Shown here: piece by piece, positions 51,875-62,505 of the stretch
Layout of the letters: the number at the start of each line of letters is the position of its first letter
How positions within the stretch are numbered: the first letter of the stretch is position 1
The notes under the pieces: generated by a model
Told to the model about the DNA's origin: nothing
The model's database searches: none
The model's input: only the letters and a program-made list of their open reading frames with translations
NCBI GenBank assembly: GCA_903905655.1
Contig: CAIVHG010000035.1
Location: 722 to 64,721, forward strand
Length of the DNA: 64,000 nt
Direction: 5' to 3'
Source: an uncultured beta proteobacterium
Lineage (GTDB): Bacteria > Pseudomonadota > Gammaproteobacteria > Burkholderiales > SG8-41
Made by a program: the position numbers and the translations under genes

Positions 51875-52617
51875 TTCGCTGGAGATTGCCGGCGGCCGGT
51901 GTGTGTTTATATGCGCTTGCCCTCACAACAAGCGTGCCTGCAACCCTGATCGACGACGCGCTGCAGGGCGCGAGCAGCGGCCGCTTTCGTCTGGCTGAAG
52001 CGCGCGGCACGCTATGGTCCGGGGCCGGAGCATTGGAGATCCGCGACGCCGCCCGGAATACCGGCATCGGCAAACGCTTCGCGTGGAATTTTCTGCCGGC
52101 CTCATTAATGCGCGGGCAGCTCGCCTGGGAGATCACCTCTGAGCAGGAGTCCACGCGCTCTGTCGTCACGCTGTCGCCATCGCGCATCGAAATTGCAAAC
52201 GCGGATCTCAGTTTTCCGGCAGCGGCGCTGGCGCTGGCCGTACCGAAGCTGTCGCCGCTGCAGCCTACCGGCGATGTACTCGTGCACATCGCTCGTTTGT
52301 CGATCGCACGCGCACGCGTAGACGGCGATGTCAGCGTGCGCTGGCAGGGCGCAGGCTCGCGTCTGTCCCAGATCTCCCCGCTCGGCAGCTATGAACTCGA
52401 ATGTGCGGGACAGGGAGCCAGCATTTCCCTGACATTGCACACATTGCAGGCAGCAGCCCCGCTGCATCTGGAGGGCAGCGGGATGTGGAACCTGGGCGCT
52501 GCGTCCGGCTACTCGATCACTGCGCGCATCCTCCCACAGCATCAGCAACAACTCGCCCCGCTGCTGCGCCTGATCGCGGTAGAAAGCAGCGACGGCAGCT
52601 TCATGCTGCAGTCCTGA
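51871..52617 (+). CDS. gspN: T2SS protein GspN
   Basis: PA..LAEARGTLWSG and PLGSY motifs; last gene of the gsp operon. Confidence 0.85.
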   Translation: MIRWRLPAAGVCLYALALTTSVPATLIDDALQGASSGRFRLAEARGTLWSGAGALEIRDAARNTGIGKRFAWNFLPASLMRGQLAWEITSEQESTRSVVTLSPSRIEIANADLSFPAAALALAVPKLSPLQPTGDVLVHIARLSIARARVDGDVSVRWQGAGSRLSQISPLGSYELECAGQGASISLTLHTLQAAAPLHLEGSGMWNLGAASGYSITARILPQHQQQLAPLLRLIAVESSDGSFMLQS

Positions 52618-52793
52618 TTGCCGGCATGCGAATTTCCGGTCGCGCCCACAATAGAAAATGAATTCCACGTAACATTAAGCCCGCCGTTTACATTTACTAT
52701 CATAAATAGGGCTGCGGATCCGACCTCAGTGCTTACTCAGTGGTTATAATGAACCGTTGCCGTGCCGGTGAACCGATTCGTGTGGAGAATTAG

Positions 52794-54044
52794 ATGCGCA
52801 GATTTCTGGGATTTCTGACTTTAGGGGCGGCACTGCTTGCCGCCCTGCTCGTCGCAGGTTGCGGCGGTGGCGGCAGTTCTGCAGCGCCCCCCACCAGCGT
52901 GACTGCAGTTGCCGGCGACGGCATCGTCACCGTCTCGTGGAACGCCACACCCGGCGTCAACTATTGGCTGTTCATCGCCACTGGAACCACCACCAATACC
53001 TGCGATGTCACGGTCGCCGGAACACGGGCGGTCCAGAACGCCAGCACGCCCTATATCGTAACCGGGCTTACCAATGGCACCACCTATGCCTTTGCGCTCA
53101 ACGGGCGCACGGACGGAGGCCCCGGCGGCACGTGTACTGCTGCAGTTTCCGCAACCCCGCGGCTCGCCGGAACGTCCAGCGCCAGCCTGCCCGCGCCATG
53201 GACTGCGGGCACGGCGCTCGGCACCAACAGCCTGCGCGGCGTTTCATTCATCGCGGGGCCTGCATTCATTGCAGTGGGCGCGAACGGCGTCATGTACAAG
53301 AGCACCGATGGCATCACCTGGACCGCACAGAGTTTCGTGGTGACGACCAACCTCAACGCGATCGTCAGTTTTGCGACCACCGCTTATATCGCGGTCGGTG
53401 ACGGCGGCACGTCGCTGTTCTCAAATGACGGCACGACCTGGACTTCGCGCAACGTAGGAACCACCAATAAACTGAACGCGATCGCATCCAACAATGCCAA
53501 TATGAACATCGCGGTGGGTGCCAACGGCACCATCGTCACCAGTGCCAACGGCACCACGTGGACGACGGTCGCTTCCGGCACCACGAGAGATCTCTTTGGG
53601 GTGACCTACGACAGCACGTCGGGCGCCTGGATTGCCGTGGGCGCGAGTGGCACCATCCTCACCAGTATAGATGCCGGGACCACCTGGACGGCCGCCACTT
53701 CGGGCACCACCCTCGACCTGAGGAGCGTGGCTTATGGCATTAATGCGACCAACAGCGTGGGCACCTATGTTGCCGTGGGCGCGAACGGCGCGATCCTCAC
53801 CAGCACCGATCGCGCAGCGTGGACGGTGCTGACCCCGCCCACCGCGAACACGCTGCTGGACGTGATCTACGGCACCCAGTACATCGCCGTCGGCAACAGC
53901 GGGACCATACTCACCAGCACGACCGGATCAACCTGGACCGCACAGCCGTCCACGACTACCAGCAATCTGAACGCCATCTGGTACTCAACTATTTACAGAT
54001 ATTCCGTGGTCGGGGAAAACGGCGTGAACCTGCTGGCCCAATAA
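52794..54044 (+). CDS. Lipoprotein with an FN3 domain and a BNR/Asp-box beta-propeller
   Basis: Lipobox VAGC-GGGG; PTSVTAVAGDG..VSW..TGLTNGTTY (FN3); repeats IAVGANG.I.TS.DG.TWT. Confidence 0.85.
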   Translation: MRRFLGFLTLGAALLAALLVAGCGGGGSSAAPPTSVTAVAGDGIVTVSWNATPGVNYWLFIATGTTTNTCDVTVAGTRAVQNASTPYIVTGLTNGTTYAFALNGRTDGGPGGTCTAAVSATPRLAGTSSASLPAPWTAGTALGTNSLRGVSFIAGPAFIAVGANGVMYKSTDGITWTAQSFVVTTNLNAIVSFATTAYIAVGDGGTSLFSNDGTTWTSRNVGTTNKLNAIASNNANMNIAVGANGTIVTSANGTTWTTVASGTTRDLFGVTYDSTSGAWIAVGASGTILTSIDAGTTWTAATSGTTLDLRSVAYGINATNSVGTYVAVGANGAILTSTDRAAWTVLTPPTANTLLDVIYGTQYIAVGNSGTILTSTTGSTWTAQPSTTTSNLNAIWYSTIYRYSVVGENGVNLLAQ

Positions 54045-54069
54045 CGGGAACGCCGTACACTCTGCGCGT

Positions 54070-54098
54070 CGTAGCAGCGCAGCAGTCGCGCTGCTACG
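54070..54098. terminator. Hairpin between convergent genes
   Basis: CGTAGCAGCGC-AGCAGTC-GCGCTGCTACG, 11-bp stem. Confidence 0.5.
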
Positions 54099-54134
54099 CT
54101 CAATTGAGCGCCGTAATCTAACACGGCTGGAATA

Positions 54135-55268
54135 TCAATCCTTCTTTCTGGGCCGGCTCATCAAGCCTCCGCCCACGAGCATGCAGGAGTTGAGCCAGAA
54201 CATCGGGGACAATCCGAATGCCGAGGCGATGGCCCCGAACACGACCGGACTGATCAGCTTGGTCAGCTGATTGACCGTCATCTTCAATCCCAGCGCCTCC
54301 CCCGAACGGCCGTCGGCAGAACTGCTGAACATGAGCATGGTCACGATCGGCTGGCCGCATCCCATGCCGAGCCCAAACACGAACGACATCAGCCCCAGCA
54401 GCACAGCACCCTTGAAGAACGGGATCAGTGCAAGGCTCGCCGCGCCCAGGAAAAAGGCATAGGCGAGCAAGCGCTCTTCCTTGTACTTTGCGATGAGCCG
54501 TGCGAGGACCGTGCGCACCACGAAGGCGGCCGCGGAATTCATCGCGAGCACCATGCCGATGATGGAAGCCGAAAGGCCAATCGAATGCGCGTAAACCGGA
54601 AGATAGAAGCGGTAGAGATTGGTGCCGGCCTGCAGCAGGCTGCCGGTGACGAGCGTTCTGCGCACCTCCGGTGCCGCTAGCATCGCGCGCAGGTTGCCCT
54701 TCGATTTGCTGGCGGCAGGGGAGCCTCCCGGCAGGTCCGCGCCGCGGCGCGCAAACATCGCGACCGGCACCAGCGTCAGCAGCGCCACGTAGAGGCAGGC
54801 CGATGCATGGCTTGAGTGCTCGATCGAGAACCCCGCGATCAATGGCCCCAGGAAATCGGCAGCGGAGTTCCCCAGGCTGTAGTTGCTGAAATTCGTGGCG
54901 CGATTTTGCGGAGTGCTGAGCAATCCGACCAGGTTCTGCGTGGATACACTGAAGAAGATCAGGGAAAAACCGCTCATCGCCCCGGCGATGAAGATGGCCG
55001 GCAGCCCGTGCACAAAATACGGCAACATCATGCCGAGGCCGCTGCCGGCGGCGCCGAAGATCAGCAGCCAGCGCGGACCGAAGCGATCGGACAGCCGGCC
55101 CGCGGTCACTGCCAGCAGCATCGGGAACACCGAAAACGCCGTCGACAGCAATCCGATGGTGATCGGCTGCGCGCCGAGCGCGAGCGCGTACAACGTCAGG
55201 ATCACGCGCGACGCGAACATGCTGGTCGAGTTAATAAAACTCAGGGCAATGACGAAATAGATCGACAT
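54135..55268 (-). CDS. MFS transporter
   Basis: About 12 hydrophobic segments; motif A GRLSDRFGPR. Confidence 0.92.
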   Translation of the reverse strand: MSIYFVIALSFINSTSMFASRVILTLYALALGAQPITIGLLSTAFSVFPMLLAVTAGRLSDRFGPRWLLIFGAAGSGLGMMLPYFVHGLPAIFIAGAMSGFSLIFFSVSTQNLVGLLSTPQNRATNFSNYSLGNSAADFLGPLIAGFSIEHSSHASACLYVALLTLVPVAMFARRGADLPGGSPAASKSKGNLRAMLAAPEVRRTLVTGSLLQAGTNLYRFYLPVYAHSIGLSASIIGMVLAMNSAAAFVVRTVLARLIAKYKEERLLAYAFFLGAASLALIPFFKGAVLLGLMSFVFGLGMGCGQPIVTMLMFSSSADGRSGEALGLKMTVNQLTKLISPVVFGAIASAFGLSPMFWLNSCMLVGGGLMSRPRKKD

Positions 55269-55628
55269 CGATATTCAGGGTTGGGAGTTGCGCAACGGCG
55301 CTACGCCTCGAAGTTATCACACCCTCCGGGACGAAGCCAGAACCCGCCCACGACCGCCGATCGCCCGGGAATATCGCTACATGCACTCCAGCGCACGAGC
55401 GCTGCCCCGCATAGCGAGGCTGGCATGGCGGAAGCGTCAATGCTGAGGAAAGCGGCGCGACTGCTTGCCGCGCACGCGTGATCGAATGTACCACCGAAAA
55501 ACAATGTGGCCGCGCAGCCGATTGTGCTGCACCCTACAGCGACTGTGCAGGGCCGGCCAAACCCAGGCGGTCGCCGTGCGGCGAACCGCTAGACTAGCGG
55601 CGGCCGGCTAAGCAGCCGCCGCACCTGC

Positions 55629-55967
55629 TCAATTTCCGGCCAAGCCGGCAATGCGTGTGGCGCACGCCGAACTGACGTTGCTGTCGCTTGCATCCTGTCC
55701 GGGAATCTTGTCCCAACCGCCCTTCTGTATGAATGCGTCCCGCTGAGTAACTTCCAGCGCCTTCAGTTCCTTGAGCTTCTGCTCATAATTCGGGTCCTTG
55801 CGGAACTGCGCGTAGCAGACACCCGCTTCCACATCGACCACCTTGGCATGGGCGATCCGATCGGTATCGTCCTTGTCATTCAGATAGCCCAGCTTCACCG
55901 CGCCCAGCACCGCGAAAAGCGCTCCAAGAAGCGCGCCGCTAAACCCCCAAGTCCATTCCGATTTCAT
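55629..55967 (-). CDS. Small membrane-anchored hypothetical protein with two cysteines
   Basis: AAAGG RBS; N-terminal TM helix; VCYAQF..DP..KLKELK..FIQKGGW..PG..ACA. Confidence 0.65.
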   Translation of the reverse strand: MKSEWTWGFSGALLGALFAVLGAVKLGYLNDKDDTDRIAHAKVVDVEAGVCYAQFRKDPNYEQKLKELKALEVTQRDAFIQKGGWDKIPGQDASDSNVSSACATRIAGLAGN

Positions 55968-56268
55968 TTGCAACCTTTCATGAGTAATGCGATATTTCTG
56001 TTAAACACAAATCATCGTGTCGCCCAATGCACATCAAACACGGGCGCCTGCGCGACACACCACATTCCAGATCAATACAGTGCCTGCATTTCAGCTTAGC
56101 CCAAAACCCCACGCCCGCCTTCGCATTAAGCAAATTTAATCCGCTTTCGCATCTGCGCGCGTACGGAAATCAGCAAGCCCACGTAGTCAGCGCCGCGCAG
56201 GACGCATATCATCCGCTATTGGGTTGCATGCGGGCGCATCCCCAATTCCAGGGATGGTGGAGCAGCAC

Positions 56269-56949
56269 ATGAAGATCTTGCTCGTTGAAGACAATGAACG
56301 CGTGGCACACTTCGTCAAGAACGGCCTGCTGGAGGCGGGTCATGCCGTTGAGTATGCAGCCAGCGGACGCGATGGCATGAACCTCGCCACCGCACACACT
56401 TACGATGTGATCATCATGGACCGCATGCTGCCGGGAGATATCGACGGGCTGGGCGTGATCGAGGCCCTGCGCGGGGCCGGCAACAAGGTGCCGATACTCA
56501 TCCTGAGCGCTCTGTCGGACGTCAATGAGCGCATCCGCGGGCTGAGGAGCGGCGGCGACGATTACCTGGTGAAGCCGTTTGCGTTCGGCGAACTGCTGGC
56601 ACGTCTCGATGCCCTCGCCCGCCGCGTGCAGGATACGCACGCAGAAACCACGCTGTCGATGGCCGACCTGAGCATGGATTTGCTGGCGCGCAAAGTAACG
56701 CGCGCAGGAAAGACCGTGCCACTACAGCCGCGCGAATTCAAGCTCCTCGAGTACCTGATGCGACACACGAACCAGGTGGTGACCCGCACCATGCTGCTCG
56801 AAAATGTCTGGGAATACCACTTTGATCCCCAGACCAATGTCATCGACGTGCACATCAGCAAGCTGCGTCAGAAGATCGATGCCGGCGGTGCGCGGCCCCT
56901 GCTCCGAACCATACGCAGCGTCGGATACATGCTGACAGCCGATGACTAG
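56269..56949 (+). CDS. OmpR-family response regulator (CusR/CopR-like)
   Basis: MKILLVED, DRMLPG, DDYLVKPF, FDPQTNVIDVHISKLR. Confidence 0.95.
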   Translation: MKILLVEDNERVAHFVKNGLLEAGHAVEYAASGRDGMNLATAHTYDVIIMDRMLPGDIDGLGVIEALRGAGNKVPILILSALSDVNERIRGLRSGGDDYLVKPFAFGELLARLDALARRVQDTHAETTLSMADLSMDLLARKVTRAGKTVPLQPREFKLLEYLMRHTNQVVTRTMLLENVWEYHFDPQTNVIDVHISKLRQKIDAGGARPLLRTIRSVGYMLTADD

Positions 56950-58291
56950 GCTGCGCTTTTCCGCGTTCAATCTCGCGCTTGCCTATATCGCGCTCAGCAT
57001 CGTCGTGCTCGCGGCGTTCGCGACCCCGCTCTGGTATACGTGGCGGGAAAATTTCGAAGAGCGCCGCGCCTTTCTGCTGGGCGAGGAAGCGCGCTCGTTC
57101 ACAGAGGTGTTCGAGAAGTCGGGGCCCGCCGGGCTCGCGCGCGTAATCGATGCCCGGCTTGCGGGCGCGCGCGGCAGCGACGACATCATCCTGCTCGCAA
57201 ATCACCAGCACGTGCCGCTTTCCGGCAACCTCGCTGCGTGGCCACCCGAGGTTCCGCAGGCGGTAGGGACATTTGCGCTCAACTTCAGGGACCGCGGCAG
57301 AGCACTGAACGTGCTGCTGGTGCACACCTATCTGCCGGATGGCTACGAATTGCTGACGGGGCGCGAAAGCAGCCGCTTCCGCTCCCTGGAAACGCTGTTC
57401 TGGTCCGGGCTGGCGGGAGCGGCCGGTTTCGTGCTGCTGCTGGGAATCGGCGGCGGCTTTCTGATACGGCGCCTGCTGCTGTCCGAAGTGCAGGAGATCA
57501 GCCAGACCGCTGGCGAGATCGTCAACGGCAACCTATCGCGCCGCGTGCCCACCCAAAACCGGGGCGACGAACTCGACGTGCTGGCGCAGACCGTGAACCG
57601 AATGCTCGATCAGATCGAGCACCTCATCCACGGCGTGCGCAATGTTTCGAATGCCATCGCGCACGACCTGCGCACCCCGCTCGCAGAACTGCGCTCGCGG
57701 CTGGAAGAATTCGTGGTGACGCACCGCTCCTCAGAAGGTTCCGCCGAGATCGAGACCGCGGTCGCCGATACCGATCGGGTGATCGGAATGTTCGATGCGC
57801 TGCTGCGGCTGGCGGAAATCGACAGCGGCGCGCGCCGTTCCGGATTCGTTCAGGCAGATCTCGCAAAGGTAGCGAGCGAAGTTGCCGACTTCTATCAGCC
57901 GGCCGCGGAACTGAAGGGACTAACGCTGTGCTTCGACACCAGCGGCGCGCTGACCGTGGCGTGCGATCCGCTGCTGCTGTCGCAGGCGATCGCGAACCTA
58001 ATCGACAACGCGCTCAAGTACGCGCAGAACGGCAAGATCCGCGTCGCGGCCACGCGGCGGCCGGATGACATGGTGGAAATCTCCGTGACCGACGACGGCC
58101 CTGGCATCAGCGACCGGGACAAGCCCAAGGTGGTCGAGCGCTTCTACCGCGGTGACGCGAGCCGCGGCACGCCCGGCGTCGGGCTCGGACTCGCCCTCGT
58201 AGCCACGGTCGCGAAGCTGCACGGCGGCACACTGGAGCTTGCCGACAATCATCCGGGTCTGCGCGCGTCGTTGCTGTTCGCCGCAACTTAG
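56942..58291 (+). CDS. HAMP-domain sensor histidine kinase
   Basis: Two TM helices, IAHDLRTPL, NLIDNALKY, DDGPG, GLGL. Confidence 0.95.
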   Translation: MTRLRFSAFNLALAYIALSIVVLAAFATPLWYTWRENFEERRAFLLGEEARSFTEVFEKSGPAGLARVIDARLAGARGSDDIILLANHQHVPLSGNLAAWPPEVPQAVGTFALNFRDRGRALNVLLVHTYLPDGYELLTGRESSRFRSLETLFWSGLAGAAGFVLLLGIGGGFLIRRLLLSEVQEISQTAGEIVNGNLSRRVPTQNRGDELDVLAQTVNRMLDQIEHLIHGVRNVSNAIAHDLRTPLAELRSRLEEFVVTHRSSEGSAEIETAVADTDRVIGMFDALLRLAEIDSGARRSGFVQADLAKVASEVADFYQPAAELKGLTLCFDTSGALTVACDPLLLSQAIANLIDNALKYAQNGKIRVAATRRPDDMVEISVTDDGPGISDRDKPKVVERFYRGDASRGTPGVGLGLALVATVAKLHGGTLELADNHPGLRASLLFAAT

Positions 58292-58300
58292 CAGAGCCGA

Positions 58301-60250
58301 TCAAAGCATTCCCGAGCGCGCCTGTCTTAGCACGAAGCGTCCGGGATCCATGGCGCCGGCGAGATCGCTCTCTGCCGGCAGCGGCTCGCCTTCGATGAGG
58401 CTCGCGATCATCTCTCCGGCGAGCGCGGCCCACACCAGACCGCGCGAGCCCAATGCAGAAACGCAGTAAAGCCCGGCGCGGCGCGGCAGCTGGGCGAGAT
58501 GCGCCCCCGAGAGCTCGGCGCGGCGCTCGTGCGCCGCGTGCACATCAGGCAGCGCACCCACCACCGGCATGTGATCCGGGGAAGCGCAGCGGAATCCCAC
58601 CGCGCCATCGAGCATCGAAGCGTGCAGCGGCGTGTGCGCATCAGGCAGCAGTTGCGCGAGGCGCAGCAGATTGGCTGCATGCCCACTTTCCTGCAGCGCG
58701 GGATCGGCGTCGTCGAAATCGTAGGTGCTGCCGGTCACGACCACTCCATCTACGGCGGGCAGCACGTAACCGGAACCGCTGACGGCAACGCGGGGTGCCT
58801 GCACCTGCTGCGCCGGCAGATAGGTCACCTGCCCGCGTATGCTCCTGAGCGGCTGCGCAATCGTAGCCAGCCGCGCTACATCATTCGAGTTCGCGAGCAC
58901 GATCACTGGAGCGGTCGCAATGACGCTGCCGTCCGCAGCGAGCGCCTGCCAGCGGGCGTCGACGCGTGCAAGCGCATGCACCGCGGTGTCCAGGTGCTGC
59001 ATAAAGCGCGAGCCGGCTCCATAGGCGCTCGCGGCGGCGAGCTGCGCCGCGATGAGGCTCAGCGGATGCATCCAACCGCCCTCGGCGAACCACCACCCGC
59101 CTGCGCGCAATCTGCATCCCGCCAGAGCTTCGGCCTCGGCGCGGACTACATAGCGCGCATAGTGCCCGGGATAAGCCGCGGCCGCTGCGGTCTCTCTCAT
59201 GCGCCGCTCCTGGCGGGAGTCACTCGCCAGCTGCAGCAGACCGCACTTTGCCCACGACAGCGCGTGCCCCGTGCGCTGCAGAGCAGACCAGCGTTTAGCC
59301 GCATAGAGAAAGCCATTGCGCGCAGCTCTGGAGAGGATGCAGTCGTCGCGCGAAACGTGCGGATGAAACACCCCCGCATAGCTGCCGGGCACGTGCACCG
59401 CAGGCAAGGTACGGCGTTCGATGAGATCGATGCGCCAGCCGCGCAGCGCCAGGCGCTCGCTCACCGCAGCCCCTGCCAGTCCCGCTCCGATCACGATCGC
59501 ATGGCGCTCGGCGCATACGGCAGCTGAGTATGCATTACCGCGCACCGGCCAGCGCGGCGCATAGGTAGCGCACAGCATTTCGCGCTTGGCGCCGAAGCCG
59601 CGGCGCTTTTCGAGCGCGAATCCCGCAGCTTCCAGTCCGCTGCGCACCACGCCCGCCGTCGAGTACGTCGCCAGCGTGGTGCCAACGCGCGCAAGCCGTG
59701 CCAGGCGCTTCATCAGTTGCGGCGACCACATCTCAGGGTTGCAGCGGGGCGCAAATCCATCGAGATAGATTGCATCCGCGCATAACGTCAGCTGCGGCAA
59801 CGCGCTCGTCACGTCCGCGAAAGCGAGCGTCAGCGTAACTCTTTCGTGCTCGAAATGCAGGCGGTGCAGGCCTGCAGTGAGCGGCGGCCAGGCATCCCGC
59901 AATTGCGCGGCGAGCCCGGCGTATGCAACGTAACGATCATGCAGCGCGGCAAGCGCGTCGCGCCCGAAGGGATGCTTTTCGATGGAGACGAAATGCAGGC
60001 GCTGCGGACGCTGAGGATCGTCGCGCCACTCACTCCAGGTCGCGAGAAAATTCAGCCCTAATCCGAATCCGGTTTCGAGTATGGTGTAGACGCGGGCGCC
60101 GGCCCAGCGCCGCGGCAGATCATTGCCGCCTAGAAATACGTGCCGCGCCTGGCCGGGACCGGAGTCCGCGCTGTGATAGACATCGCCATAGGCGGGCGCA
60201 AACGGCGTGCCGTTTGCGTCAAAAGCAAGTTCTGCGGGATCGATGCGCAC
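58301..60250 (-). CDS. mnmC: Bifunctional tRNA mnm5s2U34 biosynthesis protein MnmC
   Basis: ETGFGLGLNF, LDGFAP..NPEMW, GFGAKREML, then an FAD domain (GAGLAG, LGSRGL). Confidence 0.95.
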   Translation of the reverse strand: MRIDPAELAFDANGTPFAPAYGDVYHSADSGPGQARHVFLGGNDLPRRWAGARVYTILETGFGLGLNFLATWSEWRDDPQRPQRLHFVSIEKHPFGRDALAALHDRYVAYAGLAAQLRDAWPPLTAGLHRLHFEHERVTLTLAFADVTSALPQLTLCADAIYLDGFAPRCNPEMWSPQLMKRLARLARVGTTLATYSTAGVVRSGLEAAGFALEKRRGFGAKREMLCATYAPRWPVRGNAYSAAVCAERHAIVIGAGLAGAAVSERLALRGWRIDLIERRTLPAVHVPGSYAGVFHPHVSRDDCILSRAARNGFLYAAKRWSALQRTGHALSWAKCGLLQLASDSRQERRMRETAAAAAYPGHYARYVVRAEAEALAGCRLRAGGWWFAEGGWMHPLSLIAAQLAAASAYGAGSRFMQHLDTAVHALARVDARWQALAADGSVIATAPVIVLANSNDVARLATIAQPLRSIRGQVTYLPAQQVQAPRVAVSGSGYVLPAVDGVVVTGSTYDFDDADPALQESGHAANLLRLAQLLPDAHTPLHASMLDGAVGFRCASPDHMPVVGALPDVHAAHERRAELSGAHLAQLPRRAGLYCVSALGSRGLVWAALAGEMIASLIEGEPLPAESDLAGAMDPGRFVLRQARSGML

Positions 60251-60328
60251 GCGAGATGCTGCTTTCTACTAAAGTGCTACCGCACCAGCCATCCTGCGAT
60301 AGCGCCCGCCTGCGACATTCCGGATGCG

Positions 60329-61048
60329 CTACGGCCGCACGAGCGCAAGCAGCGTACCCGCGTACTCAGATGCCATGTCGGGGGTGAGCTGCGCCGCCTT
60401 TGTGTAGTAGCGCTTGATCGTCTCCAGCACCAGGCGCGGCCGCGACGACAGGGTTTTCAGAAACACGTCCGCAGCGCCGGCAAACTGCGCCTCGGGCAGC
60501 ACCTTGCTCACCAATCCCATCGCCGCCGCCTGTGTGGCGTCTATCCGCTCTGCAGAGTAGACCAGGTAGGCAAGCGCCTTCGCCGAGACCTTGCCCAAAG
60601 CGGCGCTCATCCCCAGCGTCGGCGGAATGTCGTGCTCGATTTCCGGAAACGCGAAGCGCGCGCCTGCGGCGGCGAGCGTGATGTCGCATCCCACCGCGAG
60701 CCCGGCGCCGAAACCGCTGGCATCTCCGTGCACGCATGCGACCACCGGGACCGGCGTCTCTGAAAGCGCCTGAAACACGCCCAGCGTCGCCCCCATCAGA
60801 TTCACACGTATATCGTAGGGCGTCATGCCAGCACGCGATTCTCCCGCGCCATCCCGTCCGCGACAGAACTGCCGGCCGCGTCCGCCGATCGCAATTACGT
60901 GTACGTCGCTTGCATTGCCGAGTTCGCGCACCAGCGATGAGAGCTGGATCATCATGGCACGCGTTAGCGCATTACCCTTGTCAGGACGGCCTAGATCGAT
61001 CCGTGCAATCGCACCATCCCGCGTGACCTGGAATTCGAAGGTGTTCAT
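60329..61048 (-). CDS. Enoyl-CoA hydratase/isomerase family protein
   Basis: RPDKGNAL, PVVACVHG.A.GFG, CDI..A..ARFAFPE; ATG at 61048. Confidence 0.88.
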   Translation of the reverse strand: MNTFEFQVTRDGAIARIDLGRPDKGNALTRAMMIQLSSLVRELGNASDVHVIAIGGRGRQFCRGRDGAGESRAGMTPYDIRVNLMGATLGVFQALSETPVPVVACVHGDASGFGAGLAVGCDITLAAAGARFAFPEIEHDIPPTLGMSAALGKVSAKALAYLVYSAERIDATQAAAMGLVSKVLPEAQFAGAADVFLKTLSSRPRLVLETIKRYYTKAAQLTPDMASEYAGTLLALVRP

Positions 61049-61125
61049 GTTTCCGTCTCTACGATAAATCGGCCGCCGCTCCTGATTCAAAGGCGGATCA
61101 GCATGCCTCCAGGCCCGGCGACGGG

Positions 61126-62406
61126 CTACGCAGGCTTGACGACTGCTGCTTCCGGCGCCAGCGGCGGTAGCGCGATCTTGTGATCGGTGCTGAACTGATA
61201 ATCGTGGAACACGTGCTCTGCGCTGAGCAGCTGATAGCTGCCATCCGGCAGCTGGCGCGTCGTGTCTTTCAGACGGTACGTGTAATGCCCGCAGGTCCAG
61301 CAGTCGAAGTTGCGCATCGCGGTGCACAGGCAGGTCTTGTCGTAGACCGCGACCTTCTTTGCATCGGGGTGTGCGGCGACTTCGCGGTTGTAGGCGGTGA
61401 TATAAGCGCAGTTTCCCGAACCGTCGAGCAGATAGCCGTAGGCCTCGCAGTTGGGCCGAATGCCGTCGCCGATCGCCGGGCTGTTCTTCAGCATGCGCAT
61501 CGGGTAGCCGGTGGGCGAAATGGTGTTGACCTCGATGTCTACCTCGCCCGCCTTGAAGTACTCCTGCTGAACGCGCGCCGGGAGACCGCACTCACGGACC
61601 GCGGTAAAACGCGTTGCAACCTGCACCGCTGCCGAGCCGGTTTCCAGGTACGAGACCGCGTCGCTGCCGGTGAAGATGCCGCCTGCCGGAATGAGCGGTA
61701 TCTCGAGATTTTGGGACTTGAGATAGAGCTGAATCTCCGTCACGATGGCGCGCAGATCGTAGGTTTGCCAGTCGTCGATGCCGAAGCCCAGGTGCCCGCC
61801 GGCGAGCGGACCCTCGATGATGACATAATCGGGCAGCCGGCTCAGTTTTGCGTTTTTGCGCAAAAACAACTGCAGCGCCCGCAATGACGAAACGATGATG
61901 CCGAGCTTCACATCGCGGAAGCGCGGATGGTCCGCGATCAATGCAAAGGAGCCCAGATGCAGGCCGGCGCTCAGGGTGATGCCGTCGATGCCGGCATCGA
62001 GCGCAGCCGACAAACGCACGCGCAGCGTCTCGCGCGGTGCGTTCATCGTGAGCTTCTCCATGCAGTTGATGAAGATCATGCCATCGCCGCGCCGCGCGTC
62101 CATGGTGCGGCCCACGTGCAGCTTGGTCGCCTCCGCCAGCCGGTCCAGATTGAACAGGATGTCGGACTTGTCGGAATTGGCGACGTTGTATTTGAAGAGT
62201 TTCGTCTTTTCCTTGACGAAATGCGTCTGGTAGCGCCGGTCGGACACCGTCTGCACCATGGCGTCGGAGATATGCCCGATGCCGCCCAGGCGCGCGACCT
62301 CGAGCGCAAGCTCTGCGGTCGAAATGTCCACGCCCATCCCGCCGCTCATGATCGGCACCAATTCCCTGCTGCCGAACCGGAGGCGGAAATCATCCACACA
62401 CTTCAT
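61126..62406 (-). CDS. Nitronate monooxygenase family flavoprotein
   Basis: GGMGVDIS, EGPLAGGHLGF, PLIPAGGI, VQVATRF; Cys-rich C-terminus. Confidence 0.88.
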   Translation of the reverse strand: MKCVDDFRLRFGSRELVPIMSGGMGVDISTAELALEVARLGGIGHISDAMVQTVSDRRYQTHFVKEKTKLFKYNVANSDKSDILFNLDRLAEATKLHVGRTMDARRGDGMIFINCMEKLTMNAPRETLRVRLSAALDAGIDGITLSAGLHLGSFALIADHPRFRDVKLGIIVSSLRALQLFLRKNAKLSRLPDYVIIEGPLAGGHLGFGIDDWQTYDLRAIVTEIQLYLKSQNLEIPLIPAGGIFTGSDAVSYLETGSAAVQVATRFTAVRECGLPARVQQEYFKAGEVDIEVNTISPTGYPMRMLKNSPAIGDGIRPNCEAYGYLLDGSGNCAYITAYNREVAAHPDAKKVAVYDKTCLCTAMRNFDCWTCGHYTYRLKDTTRQLPDGSYQLLSAEHVFHDYQFSTDHKIALPPLAPEAAVVKPA

Positions 62407-62505
62407 TGCAATCCTTCGACTGCCAACGGCAGTAATATGCCTGGCGCTAATCCCGGCCAGTAAATAGTGCCGAGTTTAATGCATTGTCTGCCATTGCGGA
62501 ATGAC

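Noticed and set aside
60329-61591. N-terminal extensions in the ORF track (60329..61591, 37369..39030, 21571..23127, 9360..10817, 49051..50187)
   Set aside because: They overlap upstream genes. Downstream starts with an RBS or ATGA coupling fit the family N-termini better.
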